64,000 nt of DNA, taken from positions 11,408,001-11,472,000 of the forward strand of contig CM119382.1 in NCBI GenBank assembly GCA_051294905.1, given 5' to 3'. The stretch's first letter is position 1. Every line of letters begins with the position of its first letter. Shown piece after piece: positions 61,810-64,000 of the stretch. This stretch comes from Botryllus schlosseri (Eukaryota). The notes beneath the pieces are model-generated. The model made no database searches. It was not told the DNA's origin and saw nothing but the letters and a program-made list of their open reading frames with translations. A program made the position numbers and the translations under genes.

Positions 61810-63056
61810 GTGATTACTTTAGGTAAAGTTCGTATTTCTAGACAACATAAAAGCGGTACCAGTGATTCGGTTAGTACTTGCTGATGTACGTGGATTTACA
61901 TTCTACAAGAGCAAGATGAAGTTAGTGTGGAAAGATGCATTCACCGTAATAACATAAAATCAATTATAAAAGGCACGCATTGATATGAACTAGATTGTTA
62001 AAATAAAGAGACGAGATACTGTCATGGTTAATACACATTGGTTAGCGAATAAATTATAAAAGGGATGTATGCATTGATATGAACTAGCTGAAACTGATGT
62101 GTCACAGTCAAGAGACGAGATCTGTCACGGTAAGTACAGACTGTTGTTAACTTCTTCAATCTCAATAAAAAACACCTCACGCTTCTCACACAACTTTAGA
62201 ACAGTGAGTGTACGCTGTACACTGCACATTATTTATACATTTATATATCTATCCTATCAAGTATCAGATATTTGGCCATCAGAGTCAAGGCTTCCTTGGC
62301 TCTGCAGAACGCATTACATCAAGGGCGGGTAACTTCTCCATCCGGCGGTCCGGATAGGGGAATATGAACATAAGGCCGTATGTTCCCCGTCGCTGCATTA
62401 CATCATCATTTCAAAAAAGATAATGCTGGATATCATTAGTGTGGCATAGCTTCCCCATTAAAACTGATCGGGGACTAAATTCCCTACCAACTACCTACCT
62501 ATATACTACCAAATGTCATGCTACATTGTTAGTAGGCGCAAATTTGAACACCACTGCTCTAAGGGTCTCTAACAGTCAAGTGGCAACGAAGTACGTTGGG
62601 AATACTGTGAGGCCAAATAACAATATGGCAGTAACAGACTTGAAATTAAAAGTATTGGTATAAAGCAGGTATAAACCATTGAGACCTGAATAGCATAAAC
62701 ATGCAGTTCTCCCAGTAAATATGAAAAATTAAATATAATTGCGATGCGAGTGAAGATTGGAAATCTCACAGATACGTCTAATCCAAAATTTTGATAAATC
62801 AATATCTTATACCAAAAAATAAAGGAAGTAACCTAGGCAATCGCAATCACATTCAGAAAAATTATACAGTATTAGTAAGTGGTAAAAACTACTCTGGTTT
62901 AAAAATGGTTTCAGGACTCTCCTAGTGGGTAGAAAGTATTGAATTTGAAACTATATGTTTCGTCGACCAAAAAAACTCTTTGATGCCAACAGCGTAAATA
63001 TCCATTACTCGAAAGAACAGACTCTTATCACTTGACTCGAATTACTGCGCCCAGCC

Positions 63057-64000
63057 CTAGCTGATAGTTATCGGCAACGCAATGGCGGCCGCACACAGTA
63101 TTTTAAAGTCCGAGTAAGGCATCAGTACTTCCAACCATTCGTTTTCCGAAGGATCATAGCATTCCATTTGGTTGCCTTTGGACGCATCGCAACCGCCGCA
63201 AACGTATATGTCATCCATAACGTTAAACGCGCTGCACCCTTCCCTAGTGTTAAACATCGGCGCGATACTAGACCAAACTTTGGTTTTAGTGTCGAGAACT
63301 AAATTTGTAGCGAGTGCACCATCTAACGACTCTCGCCCGCCTATAATGTAAATGGACTTGTCGAAAGCGGCCGCAGCACTTGACATTCTGGGATTAGGCA
63401 GGGACGGATATTCCAGCCAAGTATTTTCAATCAAGTGATACGCCAGCACAGACGAGATCATAGTGTCGGCGATCACGCCTCCTATGCAGAAAATTTTGTT
63501 ATCGAAAAGCACAGAGGCGTGGTGAACGAACCCCTTACCACGAGTTAGATATATCCACGTGTCCGTAAACTGATTGTATTCTTCGATGCAGCTTTCGTCA
63601 CTACATTTTCTGCCTTCGACGACATAAATGCGACAGTGATCGGCAACAACAACAGGACGGGGGCCATGGTCGTACCGCGAATTCTTCCCTTCACGTACTG
63701 CAGGAACGTCAGTGCCCGTGTCGATATTGATTTGAAAGACGGACCGGTGCGTGAATACGTAGATGTAATCACACAGAGCCGCGAGCGAGAAGCAAGGACC
63801 CACCGGGGTGGGAATATTGATAGCGTCGAACTCCCAGTTGTCGCAACCAATAATGTGCATCTTGTTCAATTGTCCGAGGTACACAATCAGACCATTCACT
63901 CCGTCATTCTTGGGGTAGCTGTATGCCAATACTCCGGCTCTGTCGAAAATTGTAGAGCTAACGCGCCTGTAATTCGGCTCGGCGTCCCTGATCAACGGCT
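63057..64000 (-). CDS. Kelch-repeat (beta-propeller) protein, C-terminal part; the reading frame runs off the window edge
   Basis: Repeats KIFCIGG...YHLIENTW, SIYIIGG...DTKTKVW and DIYVCGG...YDPSENEW, with more degenerate blades upstream. The frame is open from 64000 to the stop at 63057. Confidence 0.85.
   Translation of the reverse strand, partial: PLIRDAEPNYRRVSSTIFDRAGVLAYSYPKNDGVNGLIVYLGQLNKMHIIGCDNWEFDAINIPTPVGPCFSLAALCDYIYVFTHRSVFQINIDTGTDVPAVREGKNSRYDHGPRPVVVADHCRIYVVEGRKCSDESCIEEYNQFTDTWIYLTRGKGFVHHASVLFDNKIFCIGGVIADTMISSVLAYHLIENTWLEYPSLPNPRMSSAAAAFDKSIYIIGGRESLDGALATNLVLDTKTKVWSSIAPMFNTREGCSAFNVMDDIYVCGGCDASKGNQMECYDPSENEWLEVLMPYSDFKILCAAAIALPITIS

Overview
This is AT-rich animal (metazoan) genomic DNA, not prokaryotic. 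An ascidian/tunicate-like origin is inferred only from the 56-61 nt minimal introns and the gene content. Seven protein-coding loci can be reconstructed by hand from GT-AG boundaries and phase-compatible exons: the 3' part of OXA1L (+); a type II transmembrane, coiled-coil, C1q-domain protein (-, about 539 aa inferred); a hydroxylysine-kinase-like gene (+) whose first splice donor appears to be mutated; an intronless DED-DED caspase-8-like ORF (+, 807 aa); an intronless NUDT16 (+); a 16-exon RINT1 (+, about 796 aa); and the 3' end of a kelch-repeat gene (-). Roughly a third of the window is non-autonomous transposon sequence. It includes more than ten distinct hAT-type MITE families with 8-bp target-site duplications (TSDs), PIF/Harbinger-like elements forming a 1.3-kb-arm inverted repeat, two piggyBac-like elements with TTAA TSDs, 5'-truncated CR1/L2-like LINE ends, and tRNA-derived SINEs, often nested. 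There is no CRISPR array, rRNA or intact tRNA. The best novelty candidates are the membrane-anchored C1q receptor-like gene, the caspase-8 with a roughly 300-aa repeat-containing linker, the TT splice donor in the HYKK-like gene, and the composite transposon architectures. All family names come from remembered consensus sequences, not database searches.
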